A stretch of 64,000 nt of DNA from Takakia lepidozioides (Eukaryota > Plantae > Bryophyta). The stretch is taken from the NCBI GenBank assembly GCA_030704615.1, contig CM060732.1, positions 64,666,001 through 64,730,000 on the forward strand, read 5' to 3'. The translations under genes were made by a program, and so were the position numbers. Under the pieces are notes generated by a model that was not told where the DNA came from, ran no database searches, and worked only from the letters and a program-made list of their open reading frames with translations. Numbering within the stretch: the stretch's first letter is position 1; each line of letters starts with the position of its first letter. This document shows positions 47,601 to 58,817 of this stretch, one piece after another.

Positions 47601-50600
47601 ACCAATATTATAATTATGATTGTTAAAGAAGGTTTGTTGGCTCTGGAAAGTTCTTGCATATCTCAACCATGTTGCCTCACAAACATGTAATTGTGCAACT
47701 GAGTCATGGGCCGATTTCATCTCAGAATGTTGGCTCTGCCATCACATGTGGTGTTCCTCAGGTCAACAGTGGCCCGCCTCACACAATTTCTGAGTTCCTT
47801 GAAAACACCTTGAATAAAATCAATGAAGACCTAACTGTCTGCTTCGTTTTGCTGCATGAAGGGCGGTGTTATTGGAGGGCCAAGTGGAAATATCAATGGC
47901 CACCCACAGGGACCAATGAGTGTCTCAGGTCAAATGATGGGTCCAGGGATGCTACCACCTCCCCAGGAGCAGGTAAAGTGGCCTGTTACAGCATGGTGAT
48001 TGATCTACCTTTTTTCCTTTTTTTCTGCTTACATGTGATTGGAGATTCCAGGCATTGGGTTCCTGGAGAGGCGAACTTTGACATCAAGGAGTTTTTTCTA
48101 GATGCCACATCCCCTGAAAATGGAATATTCATCTCAAGAACTGGCAGTCTGCAGTTCTGTCTATCAGCAGTTACAGATGCTCTTAGATCAGTTTCAAGCT
48201 CTACCACCTTTTTGGGAGAAGAAGCTGCCCTCGCTGTTTTTCTTCGCATGGCTGTTCATCTCTTTCCTAGAAGTACAATGCATGTGCAGGTATGGACCCT
48301 ATATGAGTATTGGGCCTCTGTAATGTTGGCTAGCTGACAATGTGGGGTGCTAGGAGAGGAGTGGTAGGGAATCACTCAGTGTTTCATTGATCTGTCCACA
48401 AACCAGGGTTATTATCCCCGACCCCAACAACAATCATATGGAGTTCAGCTTGGGCAGCAGCAGCAGGCATATGGACAGATGGCCCCTGCTCAGCAGCAAG
48501 CTCAGGCTTATGACCAGCAGCAGGTTCTTTTCTTCTGTCTTTTGTGGATAGCAGCAAGTACTTAATGAGGGCTGGATTTGTTATTGCACTTCACTGAAGA
48601 AGTTTTAGAAGAGGCTCATGCATACAAATATCTTTCTCAGAGTTTCCTTAGAACAAACGTGGAGAAGCTTAGTTGGTCCATCCATTGGATGGCTAAAAGC
48701 CTTTGATTGCTCATGTCACTGCATTTGGATCTCCTTTCTTAGGGTCCTTCATCGTGGCCGCAAGCGCAACCACAGCAGCAGCAGCAGCAGCAGCAGCAAA
48801 TGCTAGCGCAAGTGCAGCCGCAACAACAGCTGCAGCATAGACCATTGCAAGCAGTCGCTCAACAGATGTCACAAATGCAGCCCTTGCAGCCCAGCCAGCA
48901 GCAGGTTACATCACCTCCTCTATTTCATGCTATTCCACACTTCGATTGTGGTTTGTGCAGCCACATGTAACTAGGTGACCGTTATTGCTGTCTCCATCCG
49001 AATAAGAGAATCTACTCATTGACGGTTCCTGCAAACCCTGGCAAGGACATACCCTTGAGGGTATATATAGTCTTCACTAAATGTTCTGGACCTGGTTTGT
49101 GGCCTTACCTAACAGGGTAGGTCAATCAGCTAAAAAGCGCTACAGCACCCCCACACAGCTGGTGACAATCTGGCTACGGGACAGTATGTTGATTGATGGG
49201 CTGGCGTTGATGTTATACTAGATGCATGGTGCTGATATATCAGCACTGCAGCCGATGCGCACCTCACTCGGCCATAATTGCAATGCCACTTGCATTGTCC
49301 TTTGATCATTGGAATTATTTTGGTGTTTGGGATGTAGATGTATTATCAGGTCCCTGTTGGTCAACCCATTCAGCAACAGCTCCAGGTATCGATTTGTTAC
49401 AAAGAAGTGGTGTGCTTCTTGTTGTGTGGCAGTTTTTGTTGCTTTGTAGTTGGATTTAAAAGTGGCATCTGATGCCATAGCTTATTTTGTATGACAAATG
49501 GAAGGGTGCATTTGTCAAAGGATTCTTGTGCCACATCTGAATCAAAGTTGTTTCTTGTGATGTGTCTACTTTGTTGCTCTTTGAGGATATTTGAGGGTCA
49601 CCAATGAGGCTGGAGGAAGTACCTGTGAGTAGGATTTGGGCCTCCAGGGCCTGAGGGTGTTTTGCTGGCGTGCCTTGGAGGCTAGCACGGAGTGGTTATT
49701 ATGTGAAGTGGGTTGGATTGCTTCTACTGTTGAATTAGCTTGATCTGCTAATCAATACCCACTTTAGCATTATGACTAGGGGGATCCACTGAAACGAAGG
49801 GGCGATAAAGTATTAGATATACTTTATTTGTGGGAGAATTTGAAAAGTTCATTCATGTGTTCTTTTCAATCTTGCAGCCAACATGGGTACTTCCAGTCCA
49901 GCCGTCACAGCCATTGGTGTCTGTGGCTGCTCCCACATTGACAACCCCACCAGCAACCTGTGACTGGACAGAGCACACATCCCCAGAGGGGTACAAATAT
50001 TACTACAATAGTACCACTGGAGAGAGCAAGGTACCATCCCTCTCCTTTCTACTGCCGTTAGGTACCCAGGCATATTTATAACAGCTTCATCAACACAAAC
50101 ACTAGAAGAGCATTCGTCTGTCTTCTTGTCCCTATCTGGTGTTCAAAAAAACCACCAGTGGGTTAGAGCACATATCCAGTGAATTTAGGCTTGATGTTGT
50201 GGGTGCTGGCAGTGGGAGAAGCCAGAGGAGCTAGTTGCATTTGAGCAACAGCAGCAGCAGACACAGATTCCACTTGCAACAGTGATGACAACTCCGGTAA
50301 TGTTGTTGCAGTGCTCCATGATTGAAGAGCACAAAGTAACCACGTCATTGCTTGCTTGAAGAAGTTTGAAGGCAGCATTGCATACTTTCTGTACTAGCCA
50401 ATGTTGGCATGTCCTATGTGATTGATAGACCTGTGTGTGGAAAAACTATTGTGATACATGTAGTCCACTTTCATATATATGTAGCATGTCTGTAAATAGT
50501 TAAGCTATCGGTGGAGTGTCATTTATATCTGTTGTAAAGAATTTAGTGTTTGGACCTTCGTAAGTTATTTTATCAAGGGATGGATTTTTGTAGTGATGTT

Positions 50601-53600
50601 CATTTCATCATGGGATACACTTTCTGGTTCTCATGTACATGATTGCCAAGGTTGGTTCATTACCTTGAGGTTCAAGATAAAGCTAGAAGCATTTTGTATG
50701 CTGGACCTCTCATACATCCTTGGCATTTGTTTTACATGACAACAGCAATACTCAGGCTCTGCGGTCATAGCACAGCATCCAATCCAGGTATATTGCCGAT
50801 CATGAATAGGATCTTCAGGATGCCCAGCTGTAACTTCTTTTCAGTACTGCCATCATTGTGGATGCCATAGAAATAGTGATACCCCCAGCTGTGATTGTGT
50901 GCTTGTAGCATGACCCCTGTTAACAAGCTCCGAATTCACAATTTGCTCACATTTTGCTGATAGAAAGTGTGAAGAGTGAGTGTATCCCTCTGCTTGACAG
51001 ATGGTGGTCGAACATCCGTAGGTACAACATTCTTTTTGATGTTTGGGGTCATTGATGATGTTTCTCACTCTTGGGCCTAGGCGCCATCCGGTTCTGTTAT
51101 TGCTTGAAAAATGTGGGTGGCTAACTTGTACAGGATTTATCCTTTCAGATTAGCTATGGACACTGGCTTCCCTTTTGTACTCACTCATCATTCAGCTGAT
51201 TGCTAGCCTATGTGTGGGCACCATTGTGCTTGCAGGGACTAAGTTATGGGCAGTCGCAACCAATTAATGGTTCTGTCGAACAGCCTAGACAACAGGTATA
51301 TGGAGTTCATACTTATTCTGCTGATGCAACTTGGAATACTGTCGGGTATAATGGAGGTTACCATTTTACTGTTATTATGCCTCAAGCAGAGAGTGGCAGC
51401 ATGACTGGGCCTTGGGATTGAAGATTAGCATTAAGCCTCAACCAGGGAAAGTAAATAAAACAAAAAAAAGGACCCCCAAGTCATATGTCTCCTGCTCCTC
51501 CACGGACGGACTGTAATTTGCAACCTGGGCTATTGCTGTCATGCATATCCTTTTCCTTGGACCAACCATCTCCATCCTCAGGCCTTGGAGAGATGAGGAC
51601 CTTCCCTCTTGGCTCTGTTTCCCAACTCAATCACTGTTCGCTGTTCTCATCCACTGTAGTTGTCATTGACCAAATTCAAAAGTGGAACAGACTAGATCCA
51701 CCTTGCTTTACTGAGACAATTATAGGCTCTGTGACGGGTCTTACAAGATCCTATATGGTTCTTTTGTCTGGAAAACTTTACATTAAAGCTTTCCAGGCTT
51801 TGAGACAAGATACTTTGTCCCAGGTGGGGGGAAGGTGGAGAAAGAAAGGAACAGAAAGATTAGCCGTCCCCTCCCTTGTGGGTGGGGGCGAGTCTGCCTT
51901 TCTCATGCTAGTGTGGTCTATGCAGGGACCTCCCGGTGCCAACTTGTTTGTGTTTCGCATTCCTGATGACTTCACAGATGAGACCCTGAAAGATACTTTT
52001 GCCCCTTTTGGTAATCTTCTCTCTGCTCCTCTTTATTTGAGAGTGAAGACCATAGTTACTGGGGTAATAAGTAACCGAATAGTGATGCAAAGGGGTAAAA
52101 CCACTTTGACTGAACCTCACACATCTCAGGGGACTGAATGGGGGGCTTTGAGGGGTACGCGTGTAGGGAATCTCACCATCTGAGTGTTTCCTCTGATCCC
52201 TGTGGCTTACATGCAAGATTAAGCCACAACCAGTACTGGCCCAAGTAGAACTGTTGTATGACCAAGATTTCTCTCTGGACTTGGGGCCCATCCTCGTGGA
52301 CCGGATTTGGGAACTCTTTCCTCAAATGCTATGTTGTCCTCATTAAGGAACAAAGGAGGAAACAATTTCGGGTCACTTGGGATTGTGACCCCTGCACCTA
52401 GGCAAAGAGCCACAATTTTCATAATAGGTGGGAGTGTTCTATTGCGTATCTTACGTGGCACGGACATGCTGCGGCTGGTCAATATGTCAATGTGAGGGCT
52501 ATTGGGACAACCTCTCTGAGCAAGTCGCATGAGAGTCTTGTGTGACTTGCTGTCACAGCTCATCACAAAACACTAAGCCACTTCTTAAAACCTTTGAAAT
52601 GAAAACATGGGAGTTGTTTTGGAAACATGTTGAGTAACCAGTATCCTTTGGAGAATCTCAGGTCTCGGGTCACTGAGAACAGTCTCATACAGTCAGACTT
52701 GGGGACACCCGAACTGACATGGAGGCAGTTTGTTCATCTATGCAGGTAATGTCATTAGCTCAAGAGTGGGTGTGGAGAGGGAAAGTGGTCGGAACAGAGG
52801 ATACGGGTAAGCATGTCGGATTTGTCTGATTGCCTTAACTAAGAAGACACCATCTTCATCATCGTGTAAATCCATCATGGTCTCCATTTTTGAAGCTGGA
52901 AGCAGTTGTTGGTGTGTGTCACGACCTGTATGTTATGCTCTATGCATGTGGCTAGACTGACTTGGTGACTCTGAATGGAGCTGGTTGTGGAAAAGCAAAT
53001 TGACCTGACTGTTTTTTGCAACCCGTAGGTTCAGATCCTCCTTGTTTTTGGGGGCTTCTCACACTGCCTTTATTTCTGTTGTGAAGGTTTGTGAGTTACG
53101 ACAGAGCAGAGTCAGCAGAGTCTGCAATTCAAGGGCTTAATAATGTACCCGTTGGCGGTCGTAGGCTTAAGGTGCAGTGTTTTGCTTTGTATGATGTTCT
53201 GTGTTTTCCCTTCAACCATATTTATAGTTCTTTCTCCACAGTCCAACTATCTCATATGTAGCGTGTAAGCAATGTTTAGAAGGTGCTCTCAGCCGAGCTT
53301 TTAAATACCAACCATCAATTTCAATTCTCCCATAACATTTGCACCAAACTCTCCTCCCCTCTATTTGTAGTTAAACACGTCATAGTTGACTATCGCACGG
53401 TAAGGGGTGCTTCTGCAACACTAGTGAAACTTCCAGTTAAAGTTGAGCTGCAAAATTCAAGAAGGGATAGAGGATTATCTCCTGACAAAGAACCTGTAAT
53501 TTTTGGTTGGACATTAGCACTGACACTCCATGCCTGGCAGGTTGAGAGGAAACGAGGTGAAGAGAACGGAGTTCAGGGTTATCAGCAGCAGCCCTACTGA
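41372..53600 (+). CDS. FCA: FCA-like RNA-binding protein: RRM1, RRM2, Gln/Pro-rich region, WW domain and a C-terminal CELF/Bruno-type RRM3
   Basis: GT-AG exons read by eye: 41372-41618, 42261-42331, 42665-42743, 44739-44821, 45137-45188, 45642-45709, 46080-46146, 46331-46410, 46746-46810, 46976-47044, 47249-47411, 47862-47972, 48407-48523, 48743-48904, 49350-49385, 49878-50030, 50213-50296, 50746-50787, 51236-51295, 51926-52010, 52746-52806, 53087-53171, 53541-53600. Motifs KLFVGSVPRT, VRYADGERERL, KLFVGSLNKQ, VRFADPKRP, CDWTEHTSPEGYKYYYN..SKWEKP. The small low-complexity exons are less certain. Confidence 0.9.
44572..44600 (+). repeat. (GA)n microsatellite in FCA intron 3
   Basis: Uninterrupted GAGAGA run. 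Confidence 0.95.
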
Positions 53601-54707
53601 CCGCTGTATGCTCTGAAGCATCACTGTAGCCTAGTTTCATAGCAGTCTGCTGAACTTTTTTGGGTGCCCAGTACAGATTATGTTGGTTGAACTATTGTAA
53701 CTATTGGCGAACTTCATCATCAGGTAGTTTTATTGGCTCTCCAGATTTGGATCATAAAAAGTGCGACTACAGGTCTTTCACATTCCCAATCCGAAGTTAC
53801 TTCTAACATTTGGCTCTGAAGGGATAGCTTATGACCCAACCTTTGAGGTGATTCCCATGGGCCTTGTCTGGTCTGCAGCACTCGCACTTGAAAGTACTCC
53901 TGGAGTTCCAAGACGTGCCTGGTAGGATCACAGTGCTTTTGTAGTGTGTAGTACCTGCTTTCTTGGCCATCTGCAGCCCTAAGACCAATCTAACCACTGT
54001 AAAGACTCTCAATGAAGCCGTTCTTTCAGTGAGCACTCCATGAACCCCAAAAGTGAATTAAGACATCCACAACAACTCTGTGAATCGGAAGAATCTGAAT
54101 AAGAAGCATGATAGACGTATAAACCAAACGCGATCACTCCTTGACCGGAATCTATCTCTACTCAATCCAGGAAACATCTGACTGAGATGCTTCACGCAGC
54201 CATTTCAACCCGAAGGCATTGCAGTGGCCCAAGCCAGGGTGAGGGCATCAAGGACTTTCACAGCAAACCTCCAAGTAAGTATCACACTCCACTTTGTGAC
54301 ATGTACCAGCTGGCCTGCATTTCGATGCCAGCAAAACTGCTTTAGTTAGAAGTCTATCCTTGTGGGACACTGCAGCACTTTTATGCTTCATCAACCTGTC
54401 TAAGCACCAAGTGCTTTTTGCCTACTCAAGTCTTGGTCAGATTTCTGGAGCCACAGATGCATGAGGTGAGTTTTCACTCTTTCCGTGGGAGGATCATCAT
54501 TTAACACCACAGTGGTTGTGGGCAATGACGACAGCCATGGGAACTGCAGCGAAGCTCACAGTGTTGCCTTACTGTCCCTCCTCAGCCTTCTCTTGCATTC
54601 TGCCTTGCCCTTCCCTAACACATCTATCGAGGATCATCTGACACTGCCTGAGAATTCTCTTGAAAGATATATTCCTCTTCTCTCTGTGAAGTCTTTGGTG
54701 TATATAC

Positions 54708-56481
54708 CAGTGTTGGGCGGGTACTATTTTAAATACCAGCCAGGTCCTGGTACAGTGAAATATTTTTACTTTTCAATACCAGCCGGTTCCATGGTATTAG
54801 AGTATTCACAAAGATTTTTTTTGTAAACCCAAGTTTCATTTCAAAGAGAATCAGCGAGTGAGAAGCTGGCACCATGAAGTGGGGGGGCAAGTGGAAAAGC
54901 GGGGGAAGGACACGCCGGCGTGAGAGAAAAGGGGGGCTTGAGTAGACAGGTGGGTGGGCTGTAGGGACACCTAGAAAGAGAGGGGAGAGAATGTTTTATT
55001 TAGGTAAGGTAAAAACAATAGGGCCACCATTGGAGCAGCCAATGGTGGGTTAGTTCTCAATAACCCAAGATTTTGGATTTGCAGATGGTTATCAACCAGT
55101 GGTATTCCAATTGTAATACCAGCCTGTTACCAAATTTAATTTAATTTAAACAACCAAAGATGGAAATTAATGAGCAAGAACATCGGACCTTCAATTTATA
55201 AGCATACCTGAATTTCCAAAGAAAATAAGCCCTTTGCATTATATGTATGCATATTTTGTAGATATATGTAAAATCAAGAGAAATCAATTAGGAAAAATTG
55301 GTTCCTAGTCTCATGGCCAAAACTGCAATGCATAGATTATTCTCATCCATCATGTTGTATAAAAATCTCTTGATCAACTAGAGACAAGGTAGTGGCCCTT
55401 GGGGCTGGATCTGCACCCCCAACGTTGGTTGAATGATAGTGATACCATGTGCACGGTCGTTGTTTTTCCCCAGGTACAACACCAGCCTAGGTAAGGTATT
55501 GACCAGTGTTGGACTGGTATATAGGGTCTTGCCGGGTATAATCCAGGGTATTGACTAACCGACCCAGATGGTATTGGCTTTTGTAATATTATGGTTAATA
55601 ACCGGCCCAGCTGGTATTGGCAATTCCAATACTATGGTTGATAACTGGACTGGGTGGTATTGCCAAGGCAATACCCGTATTATGGGCAAAAACAAGGACT
55701 ATACCATGGTATGAATAGGAAAATTGGCTGGGTGCACAATATGTCGGGGTCAGGGTAAGAGGGTGCACATGTCACGGAGGCCATGTCCAGCCCCAAGCCC
55801 CCTACTATGCTTCATTTCTTTATCACATGTAGGGCGGGCCCGCCCCTATTCTTTATTTTTCTTTAGCATATGTAGGATGAGGACCTCATTGCAGATGCTG
55901 GTTTATTTGACCATGAGGGTTGCAAACAGTCTTCTTTTAACTAAGCTTGCTTCAATTTGGATATTAAAATCAGCAACGTTGTTATTATGTAATGCAAAGA
56001 CTGAATTTTGCAACATAATAATTAATTTCTTTGTGAAATCAACTGCAATATTCTAAATTCAATACAGATTAATGATTTATTGGTTATTTTAATTTTGAAT
56101 TTTTATTATTTATACCCGGTTTGATGACCGGCTTGTATTAGATTGGAATACCCATCCTATTGATACCCGTCCGCAAATCGAAAATCATACTACTATTGAG
56201 AACCAGCGGGTATTAAAATTAAGCGAACCTTTCAATACTATGGAACCGGCTGGTATTGCAAATTAATTTCTTTTCAATACCCAGACCCGGCTGGTATTAG
56301 AAAAAGTAATACCCGCCCAACACTGGTATTGACTATTGACCTTGGTATTGCAAGTTCCGATACCCAGATACCCAGGGTTCTGGTTCTTAACCCTAGTATT
56401 ACAAAAGTAGATACCAGCCGGGTCAGTTTTTCAATACCCTAGTTGATAATCGGCTAGACCCTATATACCAGTCCAACACTA
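54708..56481. mobile_element. hAT-like non-autonomous element (outer)
   Basis: Termini CAGTGTTGG...CCAACACTA; 8-bp flanks GTATATAC (54700-54707) and GAATATAC (56482-56489). Confidence 0.8.
55504..56325. mobile_element. Same-family hAT-like element nested in opposite orientation
   Basis: Termini CAGTGTTGG...CCAACACTG; perfect 8-bp TSD GTATTGAC (55496-55503 and 56326-56333). Its ends match the outer element's ends in swapped order. Confidence 0.88.
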
Positions 56482-56489
56482 GAATATAC

Positions 56490-57427
56490 CAGTGTTGTGC
56501 GGGTCCGGGTTTTGAAGGCGGGTACCCGGCGGATTAGGATCCGGGTCACCCTGACCTGCACCCGGATCCGTGCTATCACAAAAAACCCGGACCCTGACCC
56601 TGACCCCAGTTCATTTCTAAAATGAACCCGGAACCGGACCCGCCTGCTGGGTCCAGAACCCGTTAAACCCGCTACACACCGGCCAATGTAGCGGGTCTTA
56701 ATTTGAGGTGGGGCATACGGGGTCCACCTTAGATCTGGTAGGTTTTGTCATACGTGTGGAGGGAACGAGCAGCGATAGGCCACTGCAGCAGCCAGCCCCA
56801 CCACGTTGTAGCCCGGTGGTAATGCCCACATACCACAGGCTCAAAACCGGTTGTGGGTTCAATCCACGGAGTGGTGTCACAAAGTTGTGCCCTATGGGAC
56901 CATAATTTACACCTCCCAAAGGGGGCATCATATATTATTATTAGGCCAGATCCCACACATCCATGCTATAGTGATCTACCCTTGAGGCATATTACTATTC
57001 TTAACATGTTTAAAGAATTGATATTGAAAAATAGAAAATGGAACTCAAACTTCTATTTTAATTCTTATTCGTGGTATACATATTCATATTCATGGTATAT
57101 TTTGAAGGAATGTCTCTTAAAATAAAATTCATTATTAGGATTTAAAGTTTTTCCAGCCAAAAATAATTTTATCCCTAATTAATCTTATTTTTATAATTTA
57201 TTTAATCAATAAATTAGGACCCGGATCCGAACACGTGAACCCGCTAATATTTCCCAACATCTACCCGGACCCTAACCCCAGTCCGTGTTGATAAACCCGG
57301 ACCCGAACCCGGACCGGTCCGGATCCGGGTTTTTGAAATTTGGAAAATCCGCGGACTTGGCTCCGAAAAAAAACCCCGCACCCGGACCCGGCGGGTTCCT
57401 TAAAAAGGCAGAACCCGCACTACACTG
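56490..57427. mobile_element. Third hAT-like MITE rich in GACCCG/CGGGTC motifs
   Basis: CAGTGTTGTGCGGGT...ACCCGCACTACACTG; flanks GAATATAC and GTATATAC (57428-57435). Confidence 0.85.
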
Positions 57428-57768
57428 GTATATACTTGTAATATGGGACAGTTGGCTTGGTAAGAATGGATTGTAGTGTGCTTTGGCCCTTTCTTAGTCG
57501 TTGTAGTGATGGTGGCTACTTGTTCTGAAAATTTGACACTGCTTGGTGGATAAAGCATGCACTTTGGGGGGGGCTCCTCAAGCTTGCAATTCATCCAGAA
57601 CACCTGCTGTTGGTGGAACTCTCTTTTCAACATTTGCTTGTCAGCACTATGAGTCTTTAGGAATGTTCCTAGTTCTCTCTAGGAATGTTTGCTAGAGACT
57701 ACACCAAGAAAATGAAAGTTGAATTATTCCAGTTGAAGCAGGACAGATCCAATGTAAATGATTACAAA

Positions 57769-57780
57769 GCTCTGATACCA
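57769..57780 (-). mobile_element. tRNA-iMet PBS of a decayed LTR retrotransposon remnant
   Basis: Minus strand reads TGGTATCAGAGC. LTR boundaries could not be resolved. Confidence 0.45.
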
Positions 57781-58817
57781 TATATAACACTCATTTCTAG
57801 GTGAAACCTCTACAATTCAACAATCAACTAAAAGCTCGCTTCAAGAAATGTTTCTTAAACCACCCGACCCACCCCTGAGCTTCTATCAAAAGCAGATCAA
57901 TCATCAATCAATGTATTGATCAATCAAATCAAAGATATGTTTGAAGCTGTAGCCTTCATGGCTACACCTCTTGGCACTTGGTTAAAGGAGGGGCAACTGT
58001 AAATGCCCGCAAGGCCCAAGTTGGGCCTAATTACTTAGAAGGTGTGTAGCTTAATTTCCCAAAATTTGGTGCGTGCAAAAGGTGTCCAGTGTCCGCGTGT
58101 AGGCCCGTATGATGGCTACATCCATCAGATTAATTCATTAATCAAAAGATACTTCACGGGTGACTGAAAGAGGCAGAGATGAGATGAGGTAGTACAGGTT
58201 CCAAAACTGCCTGGGGCCCTCCAATTTGGTTCATTGCCCTTGCTCATGTTTGTGTATTCATAAGTATTACCTATGTATTCCTATGTTATGCCCTGCTCCA
58301 CTTGCGATGGAAGCAGAGATGGTCCTTGAAGGATAAGTTGTTCAACATGTACTCACTTCATCCCCATCAGGATGTGAGAGCTCCACAGCAGAAAGTGGGG
58401 TCTGTCATTTGCTTGCAATAGCCCCTGGTCTTGAGCACCAGGGCTGGGTCATGGCATACTTTGCTCTCCATCTACTTACGGTTGCACAACATTTTGCTGT
58501 GATCAAAGGGAAATTCAAACAATGTGGCACGCTTGGTGTACCTTCGAGAGGATGAAATCCCCAAGCCACCGTGCGCAATCAACATAGTTGCTATGCACCA
58601 AGGCGTTGAAGACCTTGCCTCCCACCCTCTCCCCTTCCCCCCAAATGACTGGAACAGTAGACTTGAACAATCCATGGCCTAGCCGGCTCGTTGTTTCCTG
58701 GGTGGGTATTGGGCCATCCGTGCCTGGGGTTTCAGACTTCAGTTCCTGTATGATATCGCCTGTGGCCCTGTGAGCTGGGCCTTCCAAGCCGCATGTGGCT
58801 GCACCATCTTGTATGGA

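Noticed and set aside
54708-56325. Single MITE defined by the best-matching TIR pair
   Set aside because: The flanks differ (GTATATAC vs GTATTGAC). TSDs instead pair 55504 with 56325 and 54708 with 56481.
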